Of a stretch of DNA of 64,000 nucleotides, positions 26,801 through 38,500 are shown one piece after another. Under the pieces are notes generated by a model. The model saw nothing but the letters and a program-made list of their open reading frames with translations. It searched no databases and was not told the origin of the DNA. The DNA is from Azolla caroliniana (taxonomy: Eukaryota; Plantae; Polypodiophyta), in assembly GCA_043228905.1 (NCBI GenBank), contig JBHGNT010000001.1, positions 9,982,001 to 10,046,000 on the forward strand, in the 5' to 3' direction. A program made the position numbers and the translations under genes. Numbering within the stretch: position 1 is the stretch's first letter; the number at the start of each line of letters is the position of its first letter.

Positions 26801-29800
26801 CTCACTTAGGCCAGCTGCTAGACTGGGAATATATCTTTCAAACACAAACTACTGGACTTCAAACATGTTTTGAACACAACATGCTTGTACAAGCAGGAGC
26901 CAGTTTGTAAGCAAATTAACATGCTGGATTGTGTATAGCTAAGCAACATGCTAAATCTAAAACTTCAACACACGAGAAAAGTGGCATTATTTGTTCTTCA
27001 CTTCTTGTATCATGGCACTAGAAAAGGCTGCAAATTTTTCTATAAACTACAGTATGTTTCAGTATTTTAATTTGAGTAACTCAATACACTTAATAAGATA
27101 CATTACGCCTAGGTACCAACCCTTCCAGTACATGAGAAATGTAGCATCATTTTTGTGTGATACTTTGTGCTGGAAAATGCTACAAATGTTTCAATAAGTT
27201 ACAGGTTTCAGAATTTTCAACCATTTGATTAGCTCAAGAAGGTCCATCTGAACCAATGAAATACATTATGCCAAGGTCCTGAACCCATTAAATGCATAAG
27301 AGAAGTAGCATCTGTGGATACTTCATTGATTTTTCTACAACCTATAGATTCAGCATTTTTAACCATTTGCTTAGCTCAAAATGGTCCACCTAAACTAGTG
27401 AGATACGTTATCCAGAGGTCTCAAACCCCTTAAATACATCAGAAAAGTAGCATTAGGAGGTATTCCATTTGTCTGATATAAATTATGAAATAATTACATA
27501 ATATTTGAGAAAGTTTTTCAAAAATCACAGGTTTCAACATTTTTAAGCATTTGATAACTCACAAAGGTCCATCTGAACCAGGTAGTTACCCCAAAGTTAA
27601 TCTTCCATGAAATTTGAGTGTTTATGATAATTGGTAATTATTCTTTAATTAATGCATTCTTTGTTTTTCAAAAATCACAGGTTTAAGCATTTTTAAACAT
27701 TTGATTGCCTCATGAAGGTCAACTTGAACCAAGGAGATACCCAAAGTTAATTTTCCATGGAACTTGAGTGCTTATGAAATAATTGGCATATTATTCTTTA
27801 ATTTATGCATGCTTTTTATTGGTTCTTTTAATGTAACTTGTAGTTCTTATTGAATTTTTATGACATTTATGATATTAAAGATGAGTTTTAAATGTTTTCT
27901 AGCGACACATTCGCGTGTAAATGAGGAATCCCATTTGACTTTACTACAGAGAGCAAAGTTTATATACTATCAATTCCTTTGTTTAATGTTCTGCTGCCAG
28001 TGTTTTTTAAACTTCCAATATTTGCGGTTGCAAACACGCAATGCAGTTGAAGTTGGGTCATTCATGAGTCTTCTCATGTGTATATATGGACATGGGATTT
28101 CGATAATGCAGATACTTATATGCAATTTGACGACAAAGAGAACACCCTGATAAGGACTTAGATGATATGATTCATCAATGCTTTTCTTCAGAGGAAAATA
28201 GGTGAGCACTGTGAAAACACAAACTCAATTCCAACTGGCTGCATCTTCAACAAAGATATCACAGAAGAATGAACAGAAATGAAAGAAAATTTGCAGAATG
28301 GTAAGCATGAGATGAGAGATGATTCAGAAAGCACATAAACTCAATATGATGCCATTGGATTTTTTTAAGCAAGGGATGCCAGAAATAACCTCTTGTAAAT
28401 TGCAAGGATTGGAGAAATTTGGCAGCCGGATAGTTGGAAACTTCCTTCCCATAGCTTCTCATTGGGTTTATGCTCTTTCTTTTTTTCCTTCTGAGGCTTG
28501 GTAATGCCACTTTCATGAGACTTGCGATTTGGACTTCCAAGAGTTTTACGAGATGCTCTATCTTTCGATGACGTTTGCACATGTGAATTATTTGCTGCAT
28601 GGATGTCTAAATCAGCCTTGGCCTCATTGCGTCCAAGTTTTAATTGTAATTCATCCAAATCTGTAGAACTTTTTGGCTCTCTCTCTTTCTTAGTTCCAAG
28701 AAATTCATCAAGGGACATAATCGCAGGAAGGTTGGCAATGGATTCCTCTTGACAGATCGTTTGTATGTCACCTTCCCCCGATACTGCACCAACAATCTTT
28801 TCAGCTAGTTGCTCTCCAGCAGGTGGCATGCCAACAGAAAGACCTAATTTCCCAATGAGGGAGAATTTCTCTTTCCCTACATCAGACTCAATAATCACAC
28901 TGCCTATTTCCACTGGAATATCAGACAAAGTATCTTCAATGCGACTAACATCCTGAGCTTCTTGAGCTGCTTGACCTTCTTGAGCTACTTGAGCTTCTTG
29001 ATCCTCTTGAGATTCTAGAGCTGCTTGAGCCTCTTGAGCTGTTTGAACCTCTTGAGCTTCTTGAGCCTCTTGAGCTTTTTGAGCCTCTTGAGCTGCTTGA
29101 ACCTCTTGAGCTTTTTGAGCCTCTTGAGCTACTTGAACCTCTTGAGCTTCTTGAGCTTCTTGAGCTTCTTGAGCTTCTTGAGCTTCTTGAGCTTCTTGAG
29201 CCTCTTGAGCTTTTTGAGCCTCTTGAGTTGCTTGAACCTCTTGAGCTACTTGAGCTTCACATGCTTCTTGTTTAGCTGGTAGTGTAACCCTCTGCTGTGA
29301 ACCATCAGTAACTACTTCAGTAAGCTGTGCATCATCCTTTTCAACAGTTACTTCAAATTCACCCTTATGAGTCTTTTTAACTAGCCTGGCTTGATATGCA
29401 TCTAGATCAGTGAGAACAACCATATGAGCGAATTCCTCAGCCTTGGCAATTCTCCACTGTGATAACTCTTTGGAAGCAAGCTGCTCTGCATTCATACTAC
29501 ACAGGTTCTCAGGGGTAATCCCTCCTGAGAGCACATTAGCCCGAAGATCAGGATTGGAATGATCTTTCAGATTGAAAAGCAAAGAGCGGGCCTTCTCCTT
29601 ATATTTCTTATTTACTCCTCCAAAGTATCTATGCATTTCCAATTCAATGTCAATCGCAACTCTATCAGCAAGATCAAGTGTTTGGTCTTGCTTATCATCT
29701 CCTTCTACATTCCCTGCCTCCATCTTTGTTCTCTTAAAAGGTCTTTCCTCTGTTTCTGATAAGTCTGGATTTTCCTCTCTTAAGATACTGCTTTCATCCG

Positions 29801-30533
29801 CACCATGTCCACACGTGGTTTTTTGTACACCTTCCAATATCTTCAGTTCTGGTTCTAATTCCAGCAGCTCCATCTTGACCTCTTCTTGCATTTGTACAGG
29901 CACAGTAACTACATCTGCACCTTCCATTTGATTCTCATTTTTCATTACATCTTGAGGATTCATTTGATTCACTCTTTTTGTTACATCTTCGCCTTCCTCT
30001 TGCCTCTCTCTTTTGATTATATCTTCACCAACCATTTGGTTCTCTATTTTTACTGCACCTTCATCATTCATTTGGCTCTCCCTTTTTGTTACATCTTCAA
30101 CATCCATTTGTTTATCTCCTTTTACTGTATCTTCACTGTCCATCAGGTTCTCTCTTTTCATATCCATCCCATCCCGATCTGAATCTGTACTATCAACAAT
30201 CCTAAGTGCGGATGCCAAAGAATCTCGAAACTTGAACCGTATAGATTCATCGGTCTCAGCATTACTCTTGGGAGAAGGCAACTCAGAAGCAGTTTCAATC
30301 TTTTTTTTCTGTGATGATCGCTTCCGAACTTTCATGTTCGGAAATAAGTCCTTTAAGGGTATGTCATCCATGGCCGAGGAGTAAGGATCAGAGGGATCAA
30401 ATACTTTTGATACATCTTCTTCCTCCTGAGGAGGAGAAGATGGAGGCGGCTGAGGCTGTAAAATATGTCTGAGACTACGTCTTCGAACTGGTGGGGCTGA
30501 TGATGGAAAGCGAGTGCTTCTAGTGCTTCTCAT
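20812..30533 (-). CDS. TFIIS-central-domain + SPOC-domain transcription elongation factor (BORDER/PHF3/DIDO-like), ~1303 aa
   Basis: Exons 30533-28390, 23086-22966, 22767-22702 and 22392-20812 (3912 nt in frame). TFIIS-M motif FGGVNKKYKEKARSLLFNLKDHSNPDLRANVLSG.ITPE.LCSM.AE.LASKELS.WR. SPOC motifs LWEGSFQLS, WPKQIEIKGRVRLDALEKFLQE and RVGYAEP.PG.ELYLFP. C-terminal DDLPEYDF and WDDDDMPEWCPP motifs, as in the plant family. Confidence 0.9.
23767..23825. repeat. (TATG)n microsatellite
   Basis: Read directly from the sequence. Confidence 0.9.
27050..27815. repeat. Degenerate ~150-bp tandem array (4-5 copies) in the 5.3-kb intron
   Basis: The core ACAGGTTT.A.CATTTTTAA.CATTTG.T...CTCA..AAGGTC.A.CTGAACC occurs at about 27201, 27345, 27528 and 27677, with a weaker copy near 27050. 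Confidence 0.75.
28952..29262 (-). repeat. Coding 9-bp tandem repeat encoding (QEA/QKA/QEV)n
   Basis: TCTTGAGC(T/C) units on the + strand, about 34 units; the translation is AQEAQEAQEAQEVQVAQEAQKAQE... Confidence 0.95.
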
Positions 30534-31635
30534 GCTTCTTGGCTTCCTTTCCTGCTGAAACTGAAGTTATACCCACAGAAAACACCAAATTTTCTTTTAC
30601 TTCACATAATATACATTACCCCTGATCACTTTTTACACACAAGAGAAACCATACAGAGAACACCTATTTTCTATTCTTTGAGACCAACACAGATGGTTTA
30701 GTTTAACCTGACATACATCACTAATTACATAGATGAAAAGAAAATATCTAGAGTGTCAATCTGGTTGCTTCCTATGCATCAGGGTTTGCTTGGCCTATTT
30801 ACATTTCCACAGGAAAGAAAAGAGCATACAACAGAAAACAACTTCATTACTTACCTACTATGTGGAAGTTATAGTGTGGTTTATAATCACTTTATGAATT
30901 GAAAAAAAGAGCAAACGAAAAACACCAATTTTAATTGTTTGGTATGATAACAATTAGTTTGGCCTACATATTTTTCTAAATAGAAGAAAAGATCACATGA
31001 AGAACAACAACCAGAGGAATTGTGAGTTAACATCTCTTTTGCATAGAACAAGAATTTACTCAAAGAAAATAATATGCAAGTTGCTTGCTAAAGAAGATTG
31101 CTTAATTAATCTACATCACTTTTTGCATAGAAGAGAAAGACCATTTAATGAACATGAATTTTCTTCCTTACTATTCAAGATCACTTTTTACACAAAATAA
31201 AAAAAGTATACAGACAACAGCAACAATTTGCTTGTTTACAATGTAGAAGAAGGATTAATGCACATCGTTACTATACCATGGACAAAAAAAATCATAGAAT
31301 AATGAACCAGCATACCTCCATTTTTGTAGAATTTTTTCTCTCCCAAAATACAGCCTAGGCAAAAAGTAACCTGCAGAAAAAGCGAACAAAAAAGTGTCCA
31401 ATACTCAAATATGGACGCGAAAAAGGTACAATAGATCGAGCTATGCCGATGGTTTGTTGTTTGTTTTCTAAACACAGAGAGTTAATGTAAATTTATACCC
31501 CTGTTTTTCTCCCTAGGTTTTAAGAGCTGCGCATGAAAGGAAAAAGGACGGAGAAGAGGTACGCACCGATCTTGTTGCAGAGGATGGGAGAATGTTGCAG
31601 AGGAGTCGTTATCATCAAGAAATTCTGCAGAAATC

Positions 31636-31689
<54 letters not shown>
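31636..31689. repeat. (GA)n microsatellite at the likely TSS/5'UTR of the SPOC gene
   Basis: Read directly; it is (TC)n on the coding strand. Confidence 0.9.
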
Positions 31690-31690
<1 letters not shown>

Positions 31691-31692
31691 CC

Positions 31693-31758
31693 CTAACTCA
31701 ACCCTCGGGTTAGCTTAACCCTGACCCCGGGTTAACTTAACCCCGCCCTCGGGTTAAA
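31693..31758. repeat. Three 22-bp palindromic units, YTAAC(C/T)C-N7-GGGTTAR
   Basis: CTAACTCAACCCTCGGGTTAGC / TTAACCCTGACCCCGGGTTAAC / TTAACCCCGCCCTCGGGTTAAA. Confidence 0.85.
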
Positions 31759-32639
31759 GAGAGAGTCTACAAAAAATGCACCATGCATGGATCAACATTC
31801 TCATCTACTCACAAGGAATCCATCAACTCCTGAAGCGTAAGCTTCCCTTGGAACTCAAATGGCTCCAATCTTTTGGAGGTTTCGTCAGGTGTTCATTGCA
31901 ACCGAAAATTATCTATCAATTATGAATTTCAACTATATGATTTCTTCAATGCCAACACAATTCTCATCCATCCTCCTTTTGAAGTTCTGGCACATTATCT
32001 ATGACTTTGACATGGTATAGGGACTACTTCATTAGCAATGAATTGTTCAGTGTCTTTAGACGATGTTAAAGAACTTATGTTGGTTGGGCTAAAAATATGT
32101 GCTTACAACAATTTTACCTTGGAAGACGTATATTGTAGATGCTGACAAGAGAAGTGTATCACCGTAGTCTAATTTGTCTTTGTGGTAAACATGTTTGCTT
32201 ACTACATTCAAGCAAAACATGTATCTCTAGGAGACATTGTGCCCAGAGATAGATCAATGACTCCACTCCGTCAAGATAAAAAATCCAAATCTATCTTAAT
32301 TGTGGCTTCATGCATCTAGTATCTGCCTTCTTTACTCAAGCTAACCATCTAACTCACTTTTGGGTGAGTTCATCTATTGCAAATGCATAGGTTTCATGGA
32401 ACTTTCATCATCGTTCCTACTTCCTTTTGAAGTTTTGTTATCTCTCACCCTGTGATCTAGGTCAATGGAATTGATCTACAACATGGAAGACATGCCAAAT
32501 GTTGGCACGTTTTTATTAATCTAACCTGCAACTCATAAATATTATACCAAATGAGTAGAAGGCTACAAGGGGTTCACAAACTCAAAAGTAATTTTGTTTT
32601 TGAAATCATCATTCGTAATATATGGCTACTAGATAAAGA

Positions 32640-33620
32640 TTGTCAAACAATCAAGGCTATGAATTTTTTTGAATGATGGCGTAAGAGAATTGTACTATTC
32701 TTGAACTAGTGACTTGTCTGAGTAAAGCACTAACAATGTGAAGGTTGTATTTTGCAAATATCATGGTCAACCCCTAGTATTTTATGTTAGAGTCTGATAA
32801 GCTATGAGCATACTGAAACTCAGACAAGGCTATAATTAATTCCACTCTTGATTTGACGAAAATGCTTTGTTTCTTGAAGTTTTTGGAACACAACTCATAA
32901 AATGTTTGAGTTGATGACAATTCATTTGAAGATTTTGGATTGAGAAGTCTTTGCCAATTTAAAAGGTTCATGCTCAAATCACGAATGATAATTGACATTT
33001 TCTTTTCATATTACTTGAACAATAATAATTCCCATATCCCAACTTTGTTGTGGCACATGTTTTTACATTATCATTATCGTCACTATTTAAGTCGATTAAG
33101 TTGGATAATGCGTGAGAGATGTGGGTTTGTGTCTCGTAACCTCAACATTGTGACTTGCTTGGGTTGTAAGCAATTGACCTAATATGCCAAAGCTCTATTC
33201 TTGCTTTTGCATAGTTAATACAAGACATAATTATGAGCTCTTTGCGTAACGGGTTGTGTATTACTGAACTTAAAAGCATCAATACAATAGAAATTATTAT
33301 GGCTTCTTACAAAAGTGTTTATTTATCCTTTTCAAGGTATATAGGAGATGGCTTGAAAAGGATTTCCTTACTTCTTTGTGTACCTTATTTGATCAATCCA
33401 CAATTATATTTGTTGATGTTCTAATTTTTTTATTGAGCCAAATAAATTTCCTTTTGTCTATGCCCATATTCAAACAATAAGCATCATAGTGTGGACACAA
33501 CATTGAAGTGTTTCTACTTAATATGAGCGTGTTCATGATCATTAACTTTTCCCATTCAACAACTTGTTTTCTCCTATGCAATATACAAAGTCACTACCTT
33601 CGCAAAATACAATTTGGTTT
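32640..33620 (-). pseudogene. Probable heavily decayed hAT transposase remnant
   Basis: The minus-strand fragments 'MLCPHYDAYCLNM' (cf. hAT PCAAHCL.L) and 'NLHIVSALLRQVTSS...SYAIIQK' (cf. hAT dimerisation L..LA.R.LSQ..SSS...Y..IHS) are in the expected order, with many stops. Confidence 0.35.
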
Positions 33621-34157
33621 TTTGGCTATCTTACAACCTTTACAAGATCACAAAGTCTATTGATTACATCACATTATGGACATGATATTCGAGAAGAAAC
33701 TACTATGTTGTAGGGTAACAAATGTTTCGATCTCAATCACTTTATTCCCGTATATTTTTAGTACACGTGAAGGATTAATTAATGCAAAACAAAAGAAGAG
33801 AGAACATGAATTTTATACAATCTTTAGTTAGATTAGATGCATTTAGTATGGACAAAATAGGTTGATGGTAGATACACACCTTTTAGTATCACCTATTGAA
33901 TATCTCATACTTTCGAAATTCTTCAATGATTGGAATATATGTTTTGTCATATGTTCCCCGCATGGAGCAAGCAAATTCAGAATTCATGAGTTAAGTTTAT
34001 GTCATGAGTACCATATCTTTTCTCCCAGAATGAATTGTGTGTCAACATGTCATCAGAAGACTGTTATTATTGATCCAAGTTATCATTGATTCAATAAAAT
34101 CTATTTGTTTACCCTTTGCCCTTAACTACAAAGTTTTGAATTGATGGGGGATTAAAC

Positions 34158-34663
34158 CAGCAGTCGACAATGGTTCGGTTTGAACCGAACCGAACCGCGA
34201 ACCACGAAAACGAGACTTAACGGCTTAACAATAAAAACAATATGATTTGATTCAGTTCAGTTCAAGTTTAGGTTTTTGTAAATAGGTCAATTTCAATTTG
34301 GTTCAATTTGAGCCTTTATCGACTTAACAATTTTGGTTTAAATAGTTTGAAAGTTTAAGATCAACACTTAATTATTTTTTTGAACATTTTAAGAAAAATC
34401 TTTAAATTTTGAAAATTTTAAAATTAAAATATGAAAAATTGAATTTTGACCTAACTTGAAAACCAAACCGCACAATCGAGGTTTTAACAATTTAACTAGT
34501 TTGAAAATCTCTAAAACTGTTTGGTTTGAGTGTGAAGTTTTTGTAATGGTTCAACTTAAACAATTTCATTGTTTGGTTTGGTTTAGTTTAAGTTCCAAAT
34601 TTTTTTAACAATTTGGTTTTAAATTATTTGAGTTTGACTATCTCGAACCATTGTCGATTGTTA
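34158..34663. mobile_element. hAT-type MITE (506 bp)
   Basis: TIR CAGCAGTCGACAATGGTTCG matches CGAACCATTGTCGATTGTTA at 17/20. There is a perfect 8-bp TSD GATTAAAC at 34150-34157 and 34664-34671, subterminal GAACC/GGTT(C/T) repeats, and an AT-rich interior with no ORF. Confidence 0.9.
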
Positions 34664-35526
34664 GATTAAACCCCCTTAGCTCCATGACTCAAGGGCCAAA
34701 ACTATATAATTGTGGACACCTCACATCACAATTATGCCAACCCCAAGCCTAGAATTATGAAGCAAGCATCAATCCCAAAAGCCCAATATCCCATGCCACC
34801 AACCAAACCTAAATAGGTGTGGCATGAGCCAAAGTCCACACGATTTGTTACCTTCCCCTCAATTAAGAGTGAGTTCACATGCCTTACATTACTACGAGCC
34901 TTTCACACACCAATAGACACTACTACCACCCATCCAAGTGACATACCATATGTAATATTTCTCAAACCATAAATGATTGCAAATGCCACTAGAATAATGA
35001 TGGCAATAAATCATTCCTTGCATTCAACACATAACCAATGGATTATTTACATTTTGAATGCATCACATATAAACTTACCTCGACATATCTAATGCAGTGT
35101 GATTCACATAGAAGCATATACCATAAATTTCCACACTGGTGGCATATATACCTATATATTTCTAATGAAAGATTTTCACTCAAGCCTACCAATCATAATT
35201 CAAGATACATCTACACCTTCCAATCAATATAAGCCTTCCATAAAGAATAAAAAATATTAGTGCTCAATGAGCTCTGTAGTTTTTAGCTAGCATACCTTGC
35301 AATCTAGATACGTTAAGGTTAAATTTTCCTTTTTCACTAAATGGAAAATGTTTTCTCTCACAAAAAGCTGAGATTCCAACATCTTTTGTCAAGAAACAAA
35401 CAAAGCAACAAATAGCAAAAGAATAAATATGAACATACAAACCCCAACTGGAATATTTTCATTTCAGTCTATACATATTAAGAAGTTAAAACTTTCAGGC
35501 TTAGACCACTTTCTGTGTCAAATTGA

Positions 35527-38500
35527 TCATGTTGTTACATTATCAGGAAAGATTGACTGGGTCACACGTAGGTTTTCCACCTGACTGAACTTTGAAGAGC
35601 CGATGTAACCAACAAGCGGCGAATTAGGAAGCCAAAGTTTCCAAAGGTGATCATGACTTGCTGTTACTAAAAATTCAGCCGTAGGAGACCATGCCACGTC
35701 AAATACATGATCACTATGGGAGCTGCAAGAGAAGGGACAAAAGTGTGAATTTCCATGGAAACTAACCCAAACTACAAAATATTTTCACAATTTAAGATGG
35801 AGATACTTAAAACTAATTTTTTGCTATGTCAATGTATTGAAAAACCTTTTGATTCATCCAGGGTCAATTCATGTGAAGCAAATACCATATATTTTATTTG
35901 CTGCTCCACGTGACATATATGTGTCTCCTAATTGGTAAAATATTCAAGTCAATGGCATGTATATATGTCCTAATTGGTTAAAGGTACTGAAGTAAATGGC
36001 GTGTATGTGTGTCCATAGTGGTTAAAGGTTTGACATTAACGCCACATATGCATCTCCTGCTTAAAGGTACATGAATGACATGTACTACAGTGGCCTTCTA
36101 GTTGAGATAACAAAGTCAATACCATGAATGTATGCCTAATTGGTTAATGTATTATATAATTACCTTAAAACATGATGGCATTGAAATGTAGACATATTCA
36201 GAAGTTTACAGATTAAAGTATTAAAATCAATACCCTGCATGTGTGTCCTAATTGGTTAAAGATAATGAATTCGATGGCATGTACTACTTAAGCCTTCTAG
36301 GTAAATTACCAAAGTCAATTACAAGTTCAAATCCACACAACATCTTCCCCCCCCCCCCAAAAAAAAAGAAGAAGAAGAAGAAGAAGCTGAAAGGCCACAA
36401 AACATGCTGGTGTAAGTATGTAGATTAACATGTATGGTATAGGTACCTTAAAACATGATGACATTGAAAAGTAGATGTATCAAAAAGCCGTACGGTTGTA
36501 TCCCCACATGTTGTTGCTAGCAACCGGCTAAACGGAGAAAAAACAACCCTTTTGACTTCCCCCCCATGCTCACTAAGCACTTTCAATACATTCCCAGTTC
36601 GAAGATCCCATACTCTGCACGTTTTGTCATCACTTCCAGTTGCCAGCATATTACCGGAGCTATCAAAATCAATGCCTATTACGTCTTCGAGATGTCCTCT
36701 AAGAGTACCAATACTCTCTGAAGACCGAGGATCCCAAAGCTTTGCTGTTAGATCAAACGATGCAGTTGCTAATAGATGTCCTTGAGGCTGAAAGCAAACT
36801 CCATAAACTGCATATTGATGACCCTGACACATAAGTAGCGCACATTTCTAAACTCATAAGAATAGATAGTAACAATCAGACAAAACTTTACACCAGAATA
36901 AGCACTTTGGTACTGATATGAAAAGGCACTGCAGCCCACTGCTAGACTCATACCATTCCCCACGCATTGCAGTTCCCCACCATAATACAAAATAGATAAA
37001 TACATAATAAAACTGTAAACTCATGGAAAAAAGGATGAGTGATAGATATAAACATCACAAGAACGTGCATAGCCATAAAAACATACAATAAACATCCCGA
37101 AACAACAAGCATACATCCCAAATGGCAAAAACCATGTATCACCTTCAAATCCCTTATGCACACACCCTTCTCTGCATCCCATATTTTTCCAGTCATGTCA
37201 TCTGAGGTTGTAGCTAGAAGATGGGTTCCATACTTAAAAGCAAGACCATTCACCTGTTAGATGGGGAAAAGTTGTATTAGATTTAACAGAAACAAGTCTC
37301 AATTCTAAATGGATACACCTCAACAAAACATGTGCAACAAGAAAGTACTTGAGAAGGCTTTGCTTATTACAAAAAGTTCACACATCAATTCTTAAAGTTA
37401 GCATATAATATGATGTATATGATGAGAGGACAATCAAACACCAAGAAAACATTCAAGAGCTACGAGCTCCTGATTCTAATGTTGGATGCCGAACACCTTG
37501 GAAGGCCAAAATAGTCTTTGAGACCAAAGAAATTACATCCAGGTAAGGCCGATACAAAGTCTAATAACAAGGAAAATCAAAAGGAGAAGAAACTCTACCT
37601 GCAGTAAATAGAACAGAAATGGAATGAATAACAGATCAAGCAAGGATGGTATGAATTGGGAGAGATAACATGAAATCATCCCATGAGATCCCGCATGGGT
37701 CTTTCAAGACTGACGTCAAAATCGTCAGCAGTAAAAATGCTTAGTCTAGCATGTTTGGTGGCAAATAGTGATTTATAAGATGAACGCCTATAGTGTGAAG
37801 AGTCATGCGTTTAGGGTTTGGGGTTTAGGATTTAGTATAAAATCTCGCATTCCCATGTTATGAGTCCTTAACACATTTCGTCAACGACTTTAGAAGGCTT
37901 TACATACAACACTATACCTTCTCCACTTAAGTCTATTTCGTAGGATAAATAAAGGTTTTGGTTCCTTTGATCTTGCAACCGCCAGTTAAGATGTCTGCAA
38001 GTGAGGTAAGCCCTCAGGTTTCGTCTTCTAATCAAAACATGGGGAAATGCTTGGGTTCTACTGAGAAATAACGTTGAGTAAAAATTTGATGATATGGCAA
38101 TTCCAGCTGTTTCCCAATTCAAAGGCATTGGTGTGTGTATGGCAAAATGAGTTTACATTACACAATTATAGGGTAGGAAAATAAGAACTAGAGAAGGTAT
38201 ACAAAGTTATAAAACAAAGAAAATTGCTGGTATCCTGTAGTTGTATGGAGGCAGTCAAATGATTCAGAACATTTTAAGGGGATAAAAACCTAGTATCATA
38301 GAGCTATCGTTAACTACTTGGCATAATCCAAAGTGGATTGTATGCATGTCTTGCATTCAATTGGTCACATAAAATATAACTAACTGGACATATGTACATA
38401 CACATACCAATACATATAAACATCAAATGAAATAATGCAAACAGCAAAAATGAGACAGATATTCCCATTAAATGAAGAAAGTTTCTGGCTCTCCTATGAA

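Noticed and set aside
31693-31758. CRISPR-like repeat array
   Set aside because: The context is eukaryotic, the units abut with no unique spacers, and there are no cas genes.
37808-37835. TTTAGGGTTTGGGGTTTAGGATTTAG, an interstitial telomere-like repeat (also near 18868)
   Set aside because: Only 2-4 degenerate units, which are common in plant non-coding DNA.
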